Notes under the pieces: generated by a model
The model's input: the letters and a program-made list of their open reading frames with translations, nothing else
Told to the model about the DNA's origin: nothing
Databases searched by the model: none
Position numbers and translations under genes: made by a program
Shown here: positions 16,708 through 25,598 of the stretch, one piece after another
How the letters are laid out: the number at the start of each line of letters is the position of its first letter
Numbering within the stretch: the first letter of the stretch is position 1
From: Fibrobacter succinogenes subsp. succinogenes S85
GTDB taxonomy: Bacteria > Fibrobacterota > Fibrobacteria > Fibrobacterales > Fibrobacteraceae
Assembly (NCBI RefSeq): GCF_000146505.1
Contig: NC_017448.1
Location: 30,001-62,000 of the forward strand
Direction: 5' to 3'
Length of the DNA: 32,000 nt

Positions 16708-16783
16708 CGGGATAGACGAGGCTTGAACTCGCAACCTCCGGCGTGACAGGCCGGTGCTCTAACCAAAATTGAGCTACCACCCC
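16708..16783 (-). tRNA. tRNA-Asp (anticodon GTC), copy 2
   Basis: Sequence identical to copy 1 over the 76 nt I compared by eye. Confidence 0.9.
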
Positions 16784-16818
16784 AGTGGTTTAATTCAGTC
16801 TTTCAACCGAACGACCCA

Positions 16819-16847
16819 AATATAAAAAGAATTAATTAGTGTGTCAA
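16819..16847 (-). promoter_or_regulatory. Sigma-70-like promoter TTGACA-N17-TATATT upstream of tRNA-Asp copy 2
   Basis: On the minus strand, TTGACA is at 16847-16842 and TATATT at 16824-16819. This is about 35 nt upstream of the tRNA 5' end. Confidence 0.45.
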
Positions 16848-16880
16848 GGGATATAGGCGATTTTCTTTAAATTTTTTCTC

Positions 16881-16914
16881 TTAAAAAAGGAAATGCCCGC
16901 TTGGTGGCGGGCAT
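16881..16914 (-). terminator. Intrinsic terminator of the phoH-pgpH operon
   Basis: An 8-bp stem (atgcccgc/gcgggcat, 16893-16900 with 16907-16914) is followed on the minus strand by TTCCTTTTTT. Confidence 0.7.
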
Positions 16915-16954
16915 GACATCTCTCGTCTGTAGGCTCTTAGAGCCGTTCTCTCGT
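16915..16954 (-). repeat. AGACGAGAG-type repeat pair flanking a ggctc-tta-gagcc mini-hairpin, joined to GTCAT plus the terminator hairpin
   Basis: The minus strand reads acgagagaacggctctaagagcctacagacgagagatgtcatgcccgcc. This is the same repeat/GTCAT/palindrome grammar as the elements in tilS. Confidence 0.6.
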
Positions 16955-19231
16955 CTATCTCTGTCCAGGGTATTTGACGCGCGTGTGGTACGTGCCGTCA
17001 AGACTGTGGAGGAACGCTTCTTCAAGCTTGGAAAGTTCCTTTACAGACAAATTGCTCTCGTTGAACTGCCCATCCATGAACTTGTCAAGAATCGTCTTGT
17101 GGATCATGGATATAAGCGCTTCGGATGAGGTATCTGCCATGGAGCGACTAGTCGCTTCGATAACGTCAGCGAGCATGAGAATAGCGGTTTCCATGCTTTG
17201 CGGACGCGGACCCTTGTAGCGGAAATCTTCTTCCTTGACTTCTTTGCCGGTTTCCTTGGCGAGTTCTGTCGCCTTATGGTGGAAGAACTGGATAAGCGTT
17301 GTGCCGTGGTGTTCCTGGATGCCGGTGGCAACGAGTTCAGGAATCTTGTATTCCTTGGCAAGCAACATTCCCTGCGAAACGTGGCCGGTCAAAATCTTGA
17401 CGGACTGGTACGGATCAAGGTTGTTGTGCGGGTTTACGCCCTGCTTCTGGTTCTCGGTGAAGTATTCAGGGCGCATCGTCTTGCCGAGGTCATGGTAGAG
17501 CGCCATCACGCGGACAAGAAGCGAATTTGCGCCAATGCTTTCGGCAACGCTTTCGGCGAGGTTCGAAACCTGGATGCTGTGGTGGAACGTACCCGGTGCA
17601 AGTTCAGAAATCCGCTTGAGGGCCGGGCGGTTGAAGTCCGACATTTCCATGAGCGTAAGCACGGTCGTGATGCTGAAGACCTTCTCGACAACGTGAATCA
17701 AAAGCACGGATGCGACTGCGGTAAAGATGATGATGTTTGCACTTGCCGCAATCAGCGTTTGGTAGAACGTTGCGAAGTTGAAGCGGTTGCGGAGGAGGAG
17801 CATGATGCTCACAGATGCGGCTGCAGCAACGACGCCTGCAATCATGCTCCAGGCGAACTGCACACGGTAACGCATGCGGAAGAGCGGTGCGATTACGGCG
17901 ATGTTTACGACCAAGCTTGTGAGTGTTGCGGCAAGGTCGTAGCCGTTCAAAATGCCGTAGAATCCGGCAGAGAATGTCGCAAATGCAAGTCCCATGCGGG
18001 CATCGTAAAGCACGACTGCAATCACGGGCGTAAACGTAATCGGGTACAGCCACATGAAGTCAATTGCATCGGGGAGAATGCTTTCGGGTCTGCTGAGTGT
18101 TCCTGAAAGGTTATGGATAATCCAGAAAGCTAGGAGCTGCAATACGGTCAGGAATATGAGGCTCCACAGCTGGCGCGGCGTCTTGAACATCGTACGCGTA
18201 GGTGTGTAGAGGCAGAACATGATGAGGAGCGTAATGATGATGACAAAGACGAGCACGTTACCGTACGGGGCGGTGAGCATCTTTGAGTTTTCTTCATTCT
18301 GCTGTGCTTGCTGGAGTGCGTCAATTTTTTCAAGGATTTCCTTGGTGATTGGCGCGCCCTGCGCTACGATTTCCATGCCTCGCGGGACCATGCCCTTGAT
18401 AAGCGTGACCTTGTTGCTGGCGTCAAGCTTGCGTGCTTCAGTTTCTTTTTCGAGGTAGAATACGTTCGGGCTTGTAAAAACGTAGAGTGCTTCATAGAAG
18501 GCGCTCTGCAAACCCTGCTCGGCGGAGAACGAATTTTGCAGTTGGCCAAAAGCTTCTTCGATGCGGCGTTGCATCGGCTGAACTTCGCTGATTTCAAGCG
18601 TGCTTTCTTCGTTGTCCTTGATGAGCGAAATGTTCGGCTTGTTGTAGATGATGTTCTTGATTTGCTTGATGTTGTAGCTGTTGCAAAACAGGTTGACTTC
18701 GGTTTCGGTCTTGGCAAGGAGGGTGTTCGAAACACCTTTCTGCATCATCTGGTAGAACACGGACATCAAGGAATCACGGGCGATGGAATTCGTGCTGAGC
18801 GGCTTGATGGCGGTAATGGAAAGCCTTTGCTTCAACTGGTCGTAGATGCTCGACGCTTCCTTGATTTTTTCTTGCATGGAGGCGCTTCCGTCATCTTTGC
18901 TGCTGCTGATGACTGCTTGCATCTTGCCGTACTGTTCGAGCTTTTTGAGGTACTGTTCTAGTTCACGCAGCTGGCGCGTGGTTTCATCGGCGTTGAACTC
19001 AAAGATGGCATTGATCTTATCGGCGGCGCGAGCTTTTTCGTTCTGGATTTCCTGCTCGGTCTTCGGGACTTCAAACTTGAACGGGGCGACAATCGTCCTG
19101 GTACTGAGCTGTCCCAAGTGCGGGCGCTCGGCGCGGAGGGCGATATTCTTGTCCGGGAATAAGAGTATGGCGATGAGGATTAAGATAACCCAGCCAATAA
19201 ATAAATGAATCTTTTTCTCTTTCTTGTTCAT
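16955..19231 (-). CDS. pgpH: 7TM-receptor HD-domain (HDIG) phosphohydrolase, PgpH/YqfF family (candidate c-di-AMP phosphodiesterase)
   Basis: 758 aa with an N-terminal anchor, an extracytoplasmic domain and seven hydrophobic helices. HD domain: [12 protein letters not shown]...ALYHDLGK...QEHHGT. It lies immediately downstream of phoH, which is the usual synteny. Confidence 0.85.
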   Translation of the reverse strand: MNKKEKKIHLFIGWVILILIAILLFPDKNIALRAERPHLGQLSTRTIVAPFKFEVPKTEQEIQNEKARAADKINAIFEFNADETTRQLRELEQYLKKLEQYGKMQAVISSSKDDGSASMQEKIKEASSIYDQLKQRLSITAIKPLSTNSIARDSLMSVFYQMMQKGVSNTLLAKTETEVNLFCNSYNIKQIKNIIYNKPNISLIKDNEESTLEISEVQPMQRRIEEAFGQLQNSFSAEQGLQSAFYEALYVFTSPNVFYLEKETEARKLDASNKVTLIKGMVPRGMEIVAQGAPITKEILEKIDALQQAQQNEENSKMLTAPYGNVLVFVIIITLLIMFCLYTPTRTMFKTPRQLWSLIFLTVLQLLAFWIIHNLSGTLSRPESILPDAIDFMWLYPITFTPVIAVVLYDARMGLAFATFSAGFYGILNGYDLAATLTSLVVNIAVIAPLFRMRYRVQFAWSMIAGVVAAAASVSIMLLLRNRFNFATFYQTLIAASANIIIFTAVASVLLIHVVEKVFSITTVLTLMEMSDFNRPALKRISELAPGTFHHSIQVSNLAESVAESIGANSLLVRVMALYHDLGKTMRPEYFTENQKQGVNPHNNLDPYQSVKILTGHVSQGMLLAKEYKIPELVATGIQEHHGTTLIQFFHHKATELAKETGKEVKEEDFRYKGPRPQSMETAILMLADVIEATSRSMADTSSEALISMIHKTILDKFMDGQFNESNLSVKELSKLEEAFLHSLDGTYHTRVKYPGQR

Positions 19232-19242
19232 TTAAAGCTCTT

Positions 19243-20205
19243 CTATTTTTTTTGCTCGTTCTGTTCGTAAGCTAGCAAAATGTCTTTGACTAGATGATGA
19301 CGAAGAACGTCAGTAGCGCTAAATTCGACTTCGGCAATTCCCCGAATCCCCTGGAGTATTTTCATCGCGTGTTCAAGACCGGAAGTTTGGCCTTTGGCGA
19401 GGTCAATCTGACTTGTGTCGCCGGTGATAATCGCCTTGCTGTGGGGGCCGAGTCGGGTGAGGAACATTTTCATCTGGGCGATAGTTGTGTTTTGAGCTTC
19501 GTCCAGGATGATGAAGGCGCGTTTGAGCGTGCGGCCTCGCATGTAGGCGAGGGGTGCCACTTCTATGGCGCCCGTTTCTTCGTAACGCTTGAGCTTCTCG
19601 GCGGGCAAAAGCTCGGAGAGGCTGTCGTGGATCGGACGGAGGTATGGGGCAATCTTTTCTTTAAGGTCGCCGGGCAAGTAGCCAAGCGATTCGCCGGCTT
19701 CGACAGCGGGGCGCACAAGGCAGATGCGTTCGGCTTCGCCGCGTTCTAGGCTTGCGACGGCAAGCGTTACGGCAAGGAAAGTCTTGCCTGTGCCTGCAGG
19801 TCCTTTGGCGAAAATAATGTCGTTTTTCTCGACTGCCTTGACCAGTTCCGCCTGAGCAGGGGTCTTTGCAGAAACGCTGATGCCGAACCTGTTCCTAAAG
19901 ACGGGACTGTCGGGAATGAGTTCGGTGTAGCTCGCTTCAGATGCTTCCTTGGGGCCGAGCATGCGTTCAAGCTGGGTGGCGTCTAAAATCTCGCCGTTGC
20001 GTGCGGCGATTTTGAGCTGGTCAAGCACGGCCAGCAAGCCTGACAAGTCGGCACCTTCCTGGGGGATGAGGTCCAGCCCTGGAAGTCGGGTGCGTATTTC
20101 AACGCAAAAACGGCTCTCCAGTAATCGGAAAACCGTTTCACGTTCGCCTGAAATAACTCGTTTCAGGTTGTCAGACAGTGAGTAATGCCTTATACTACTC
20201 TTCAT
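19243..20205 (-). CDS. phoH: PhoH-family ATPase
   Basis: Walker A GPAGTGKTFLAV, ILDEAQN, GDTSQIDL. The ORF is open to 20235. I prefer the ATG at 20205, though the start is uncertain. Confidence 0.9.
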   Translation of the reverse strand: MKSSIRHYSLSDNLKRVISGERETVFRLLESRFCVEIRTRLPGLDLIPQEGADLSGLLAVLDQLKIAARNGEILDATQLERMLGPKEASEASYTELIPDSPVFRNRFGISVSAKTPAQAELVKAVEKNDIIFAKGPAGTGKTFLAVTLAVASLERGEAERICLVRPAVEAGESLGYLPGDLKEKIAPYLRPIHDSLSELLPAEKLKRYEETGAIEVAPLAYMRGRTLKRAFIILDEAQNTTIAQMKMFLTRLGPHSKAIITGDTSQIDLAKGQTSGLEHAMKILQGIRGIAEVEFSATDVLRHHLVKDILLAYEQNEQKK

Positions 20206-20551
20206 CTGTAGAAGGTTGCTGAATCGGGAGACCAAGCTTGGTCCTTGCTTCGAAGATTTCCTTGCGGAGCTTGTGGTTGTCTTCGTTAGCGGCGACTGCT
20301 TCGTCCTGAGTCTTCTTCAGAGTCTTTTCGTTGATGACTTCCTTGGGCGGTTCCTTCTTTGCAGGAGCAGCCGGCTTAGCGGCTTCGGCCTGGTTTTCGC
20401 TGTAACCCGTGTAAGAAGAGGATTCAGAAGTGGATTCGTTGCTTCCCGTATAGCCAGTGTCGCTGCTGCCAGAGTTAGAAGAACCTGCGCAAGCTGTGAA
20501 AAGTGCTACAGAAACAGAGGCGAGAACTAATTTCCATTTTTTAAGAGACAT
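20195..20551 (-). CDS. Small lipoprotein with a low-complexity Ser/Gly/Thr linker and a charged C-terminal helix
   Basis: Lipobox VALFTAC|AGSS. 118 aa. No recognised domain. Confidence 0.6.
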   Translation of the reverse strand: MSLKKWKLVLASVSVALFTACAGSSNSGSSDTGYTGSNESTSESSSYTGYSENQAEAAKPAAPAKKEPPKEVINEKTLKKTQDEAVAANEDNHKLRKEIFEARTKLGLPIQQPSTDEE

Positions 20552-20633
20552 TATTAAGCTCCATTCTAGTCTTTGATGGCTAAAATATATATAGTTGTGG
20601 CAGAAAAAATGTTAAAAAAGGTAAAAATTGACT

Positions 20634-22009
20634 ATGCAAGCACGTAAAAATGACGTTCAGGCCTATTCTCAGGTCTTTTTATCGTCCAAAAATTACGATT
20701 CCAAGAAAATTTATGCGAAAAGACGCAAGTCTTTGATGGAAAAGCTAGACTCTTTTTGCGTTTTTGCCGGGATGCCCATTGAACCGGGGGGCGAGGAAGC
20801 CTTTGTACAAACTTGGACACGCTTTGTGCAGGACCCTGCGTTTTTGTACTTGATGGGCGTGAACCAGGCGGGTTGCTATCTGGTGTTGGACCCGCGTGCT
20901 ATGCGTTCGACGCTCTTTGTGCCGCGCAAGGACCCGTTTAAGGAATTCTGGAACGGCAAGCGCCTTGGTTTTGTGGATGGCGAAAATGTTGTTGCTCGCT
21001 TGACGGGCGTCGAGGAAGTTCGGCCGATTGACGAACTTTGGGATTTTGTCGAGTCGCTTGCGAAGAAATATGCGAACGGCAAGAATGCGGTGGACCACGC
21101 TTATGCTTTCTATTACGAGAAGTTCAAGGGCGACCATAATGAAAAACTTAAGAATGATTTGAAGAAGGTGCTCCGCCCTTATAAGTTGAGCGTTAAGAGC
21201 TGTGCCGACAAGCACTTTGAAGACCGCCTAGTGCTAGAACCGGAGCGCATTGATGATGCCCGCGTGGCGCAAAAGATTACGGACGAGGCGTTCCGTGCGC
21301 TTTTGACCGAGATGAAGAATATGAAGACCGAGCGCGATGTGGCGCTGTTCCTCAATTACGAAATGCAGCGCCGTGGCGATGGCGACCTCGCGTTCCCGAC
21401 AATTATTGCGGGGGGCAAGAATGCTTGCTGTCTGCATTACGTGAAGAACGACGAGCAATTGCGCGATGGTGAACTTGTGCTCTTTGACTTTGGTGTGCGG
21501 TTCGGGACGCTCCACAGCGATATCTCGCGCACCATCCCTGTAAATGGCAGGTTTGACCCGCTTCAAAAAATGTTGTACGAAATTGTGCTCGAATCTGCAA
21601 AGGTGTACCAGCGCGTGGTGCGTCCGGGTGTTGCTCTCAAGGAAATCGGCATGATTTGCTGGGAATTCATCATGATGGAACTCGACCGCCGCCTTTAAAG
21701 GGGGCGAAGGGGAGTTTCAAGCTCTTGTACGACAAGAGGCCGCATGGGGTGAGCCACTTTATCGGGGAACATATCCACGAAGGCGACCCGGGTTCACGTT
21801 CCTTGGATGTGGTGCTTAAGCCGGGGATGCTCATCTCTTGCGAGCCGGGGCTGTATGGCGATTTTACGGCGACAATTGATGGCAAGCGCTACCGCGAAAG
21901 TATCGGCATCCGCATCGAAGATGATTTAATTATTACAAAAAGCGGTTTTGAAAATATTTCGGAGCATATTCCGCGCACAGTAGGGGAGATTGAGGCGCTC
22001 ATGAAGTGA
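20634..22009 (+). pseudogene. pepP: Xaa-Pro aminopeptidase (M24B, PepP-like) split into two ORFs by a 1-nt frame disruption near 21691-21704
   Basis: ORF 20628-21698 carries the N-terminal domain and the first metal ligands (LVLFDFG, HSDISRT). ORF 21656-22009, in the -1 frame, carries PHGVSHFIGEHIHEG, EPGLY and GIRIEDD. The junction falls in the homopolymer-rich palindrome CCTTTAAAGGGGG. Confidence 0.75.
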
Positions 22010-22059
22010 TTTTTCTATCTTTGGACAAAAGGACATTTTGCAAAAAAAGGGTTTTGTAA

Positions 22060-25000
22060 ATGTGGAAAGTTAAAGGTTCTATAAGATTCTTCTTATCTAT
22101 CCTTGCAACAGCTTTTGTTCAGGCGGGTGTGTTTATTTACGCCCAGAAAATTCTGTCGGGATCGTTCTTTGCCAAAGACGGTATCATCTGGCAGAACTTC
22201 ATGCTCCAAATCTTCTTCCTCGCGCCATACGTGTTGATGGTGTTCTTTGCGGGGTTCTTCACCAATAAGTTCTCGAAGAACAAGGTGATGGCGTGGTCGT
22301 CACTCATGATGACGCTATTTGTGATAGCGCAGTCGGTCTTGGTGACGGTCGATTTCCCGCGAATCGCATTCTGGCTCTCGATTGGGCTTAGCTGCGGTTT
22401 TGCCATCCACAGTGCGGCTAAGTACGCAATTCTTAAAGAAATGTTTGGCGTGCGCAATTTGAGCTACGCTAACGCATTCCTCCAGATATTCAGTATCAGC
22501 GGTATTATCGCGGCGTCCTGGCTTGCGATTGTCGGCGTGAACCTGATCAACTTGGACCAGCTCGTTTCTTACGAAGCAGTGCGTCGCATTACGGAAAAGT
22601 CCGTCGTGATTCCGTGGATTTTGACGGCAGTGAGCGTGCTGGGTACGGTTGCAAACTTCATGATTCCACGCGTGAAGTTCGAAGACTTGAACGTGAGCGT
22701 TGACAAGGTCAAGCGCCACTTGAGTCTCGGTTTCCGCGTGCCTACGCTCCGTGCGTCTATCATCGCCCTTTCGATGTTCTGGGCTTTGGCTCAGGTGTTC
22801 GTGTTGATTTACCAGGACGTGTCCGGTTCTTCGACCGTGAACATGATGCAGGACTACATGTCGTTTGCGATTGTGGGTCTCATGGTTGGTACGATTGTGG
22901 CTGCGCACTTCTCCAAGGACTTTATTGAATCCGGCTTTGTGCCGCTCGGCATGTTTGGCGCCTCGATTTGCATGTTCCTCGTGCCGTTCCTTGTACATCC
23001 GGTTGCACTTGTGCTTCTTTACTCCTTGACCGGTTTCTTTGGCGGTCTCATTTTGGTGCCGGTGAATGCGCTTTTGCAGTATAACACGCGTCCGAATAAC
23101 TCCGGTTCCGTGATTGCTCTTGCAAACTTGATCCAGGCTGTGGTGCTTGTGGCGTTCCTGTTCGTGTTCACGATGATGGTCCGCAACACCGATGTCCGTC
23201 CGCAGAACTACTTCATTGGCCTTGCCGTGATTTCTGTGGGTGTATTCGTCTGGTCAATTTCGAACTTGCCGCAGGCTATGCTCCGTACGCTTTTACGTTT
23301 TGTGTTCAGCCGCTATAGAATCCGCGTGTTGAACGTGCAGAACATCCCGAACGAAGGTCCGATTCTCTTGGTCGGTAACCACCACAGCTTTATTGACTGG
23401 GCTATGGTGCAGATGGCTTCTCCGCGTCCGCTTTGTATTGCAAGTAACAAGGACCATTTTGACAAGTGGTACTTGCGCGCCGTGCTCAAGCGCTTGGGCA
23501 TGATCCGTATTGATAACCGCAATCCCAAGGTTGCGATGGATAAGATTCATGCAGCCCTCCTCGCAGGTAAGGCTGTCGTGATTTTCCCGTCGGGCGAAGT
23601 TTCCAAGTCTCCGCACGTGGAACCGTTTACGATTGATTATTCCTCCGCTGTCGATGGCACGAAGGCCCAGGTGATTCCGTTCTACATCCAGGGCTTGTGG
23701 GGCTCTAACTATAGCTATAGCTCTTCGAACATGTTCGGTGCTTCGGCTGAACGTTCTGTGACGGTCGCCTTTGGAGAAGCACTCCCGGCCAATACGCCGC
23801 CTAACGAAATCCGTGCTATTATCCGTCGCATTTCTATTGACGCTTGGAACTACGCTGTTTCGTTTGTGCATCCGATTGCCGATAGCTGGATTCGCACTTA
23901 CAAGAAGTATGTGAAGAACGGTCCTGCTATTTATAGCCCGGATGGCGCTCACTTCTCGGGTTACAAGCTGATGGGCGCAGTGATGGCTTTCCGCGGTTAC
24001 CTCAAGAAGACGCTTGGCAAGAACGAACAGAACGTGGGTATTATGCTCCCGCCGAGCCCTGCTGGCGTGATTGTGAACCTTGCGCTTTGGGTGATTGGCA
24101 AGACGAACGTGAACTTGAACTACACGTCTTCTGTCGAAAACGTGAAGTTCTGCTGCAATCGCGCTGAATGCTCGACCGTGATTACGAGCCGCCAGTTTGT
24201 GCAAAAGCTGAAAGGCCGTGGTAACGATTACTCGCAGATTGCATCGGACAAGGTGCGCTTGCTCTATGCCGAAGATATCATGAAGGAAATCCCGAAGGCA
24301 AAGATTGCTGCTTTCCTTGTGCTTTGCATCCTCATGCCGAGCTGGCTGATTCGCCTTGTGTTTGTGAAACATCGCAACATGGACGACAATGCTGTGATTG
24401 TGTTTAGCTCTGGCTCTGAAGGTACGCCGAAGGGTGTGGAACTTACGCAGCGCAACTTGATGGGGAATATTCAGCAGCTCGCTTGTATTTTGAACGTGAG
24501 CCGTGGCGATGTGATGCTCTCGGAACTCCCGCTGTTCCATAGCTTTGGCCTTACGGTGACGACGCTCTTGAACCTTACGGAAGGCTGCCCGATTGTGGCT
24601 GTGGCTGACCCGACCGACGTGAAGACGATGTCTCGCGTTTGTGCGGAATTCCAGGTCACGTTCCTTGTGGCAACTCCGACGTTCCTTCGCGCCTTTACTG
24701 TGAGCCGCTATGTACATCCGTTGATGTTCAAGTCTGTGCGTATCATTATCGCTGGTGCTGAAGCGCTCCGTCCGGAACTTGCAACGGCATTCCGCCTCAA
24801 GTTCGGTAAGGAAATTTACGAAGGTTATGGCTGTACCGAAACGGCTCCGGTGGCCTCGGTCAATACCGAAAATACGTTGTTCGATGACTATACCACTTTG
24901 CAGGTGAATAACAAGCCGGGTACGGTTGGCCCAGCGCTCCCGGGTACGCAGTTCTTGATTGTCGATCCTGAAACAAACGAACCGCTCCCGACTGGTGAAG

Positions 25001-25485
25001 CGGGCATGATTCTCATTGGCGGTTGCCAGGTGATGAAGGGCTACCTCAAGGATGAAGACCGCACGAAGAGCGTGATTGTCCAGAAGGATGGCATACGCTA
25101 TTACCGCACGGGCGACAAGGGCTATCTTGATGAAGACGGCTTCCTTACGATTGTGGACCGCTACAGCCGCTTTGCTAAGCTTGGCGGTGAAATGATTAGC
25201 CTTGGCGCTGTCGAAAAGAAAATTCAGGATACGCCTGTGTTGCAGGGTTGCGATTACGTTGTTACGGCAATCCCGGATGCCACGAAGGGTGAAAAGATTG
25301 TTCTTTTGTACCAGGGCGAAAAGGATCCGAAGGATGTGCTCTCGGAATTGCGTGCAAGCGGCATGCCGCCTCTCATGCTCCCGTCCGCTGCGTTTAACGT
25401 GGATGTGATGCCGAAGCTTGGTTCTGGCAAGGCTGACTTTGTGACCGCAAAGAAGATGGCAAAGGAACTGGTGGAGAAAAAGTAA
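22060..25485 (+). CDS. aas: Triple-fusion lysophospholipid transporter (MFS, LplT-like) / PlsC-type acyltransferase / acyl-ACP synthetase (Aas-like)
   Basis: 1141 aa. About 12 hydrophobic helices occupy the first roughly 400 aa. The HX4D acyltransferase motif GNHHSFIDW follows. Adenylation motifs: SSGSEGTPKGV, YGCTETAP, YRTGDKGYLDEDGFLTIVDR, GKAD. Confidence 0.85.
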   Translation: MWKVKGSIRFFLSILATAFVQAGVFIYAQKILSGSFFAKDGIIWQNFMLQIFFLAPYVLMVFFAGFFTNKFSKNKVMAWSSLMMTLFVIAQSVLVTVDFPRIAFWLSIGLSCGFAIHSAAKYAILKEMFGVRNLSYANAFLQIFSISGIIAASWLAIVGVNLINLDQLVSYEAVRRITEKSVVIPWILTAVSVLGTVANFMIPRVKFEDLNVSVDKVKRHLSLGFRVPTLRASIIALSMFWALAQVFVLIYQDVSGSSTVNMMQDYMSFAIVGLMVGTIVAAHFSKDFIESGFVPLGMFGASICMFLVPFLVHPVALVLLYSLTGFFGGLILVPVNALLQYNTRPNNSGSVIALANLIQAVVLVAFLFVFTMMVRNTDVRPQNYFIGLAVISVGVFVWSISNLPQAMLRTLLRFVFSRYRIRVLNVQNIPNEGPILLVGNHHSFIDWAMVQMASPRPLCIASNKDHFDKWYLRAVLKRLGMIRIDNRNPKVAMDKIHAALLAGKAVVIFPSGEVSKSPHVEPFTIDYSSAVDGTKAQVIPFYIQGLWGSNYSYSSSNMFGASAERSVTVAFGEALPANTPPNEIRAIIRRISIDAWNYAVSFVHPIADSWIRTYKKYVKNGPAIYSPDGAHFSGYKLMGAVMAFRGYLKKTLGKNEQNVGIMLPPSPAGVIVNLALWVIGKTNVNLNYTSSVENVKFCCNRAECSTVITSRQFVQKLKGRGNDYSQIASDKVRLLYAEDIMKEIPKAKIAAFLVLCILMPSWLIRLVFVKHRNMDDNAVIVFSSGSEGTPKGVELTQRNLMGNIQQLACILNVSRGDVMLSELPLFHSFGLTVTTLLNLTEGCPIVAVADPTDVKTMSRVCAEFQVTFLVATPTFLRAFTVSRYVHPLMFKSVRIIIAGAEALRPELATAFRLKFGKEIYEGYGCTETAPVASVNTENTLFDDYTTLQVNNKPGTVGPALPGTQFLIVDPETNEPLPTGEAGMILIGGCQVMKGYLKDEDRTKSVIVQKDGIRYYRTGDKGYLDEDGFLTIVDRYSRFAKLGGEMISLGAVEKKIQDTPVLQGCDYVVTAIPDATKGEKIVLLYQGEKDPKDVLSELRASGMPPLMLPSAAFNVDVMPKLGSGKADFVTAKKMAKELVEKK

Positions 25486-25598
25486 GCGGCGGAGCCGCAG
25501 TTACTAGTTATTAGTTGGTAGTTATTAGATTAAAGTTTGGCGGCTATGCCGCGATTATTATGACTAATGACCATTGACTAATGACTAAAGACTAGGAG
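25486..25598 (+). repeat. Composite structured element: two GCGGC-N3-GCCGC mini-hairpins, each followed by about 5 heptad repeats (TTAnTAG array, then TGACTAA array)
   Basis: Read directly. Mini-hairpins at 25486-25498 and 25540-25552. Heptads at 25501-25535 and 25561-25595. The two arrays are reverse-complementary apart from G-U positions. Confidence 0.8.

Noticed and set aside
16089-16766. Track ORFs 16089-16274 and 16521-16766, which share the peptide VRAPACHAGGCEFKPRLSR.
   Set aside because: The shared peptide is simply the translation of the two identical tRNA-Asp genes and their flanks. It is not coding sequence.
21690-21700. Possible prfB-like programmed +1 frameshift at CTT TAA A in the pepP junction.
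   Set aside because: A +1 shift enters the wrong frame. The catalytic C-terminus is in the -1 frame. There is no X XXY YYZ slippery heptamer in the zero frame, and I saw no upstream SD-like stimulator. An indel or pseudogene is more parsimonious.
25499-25598. Whether the heptad arrays, and those in tilS, could be a CRISPR array or a coding low-complexity repeat.
   Set aside because: The units are 7 nt with no spacers and there are no cas genes, so this is not CRISPR. The 25.5-kb copy is intergenic and full of stop codons (tag/taa/tga) in all frames.
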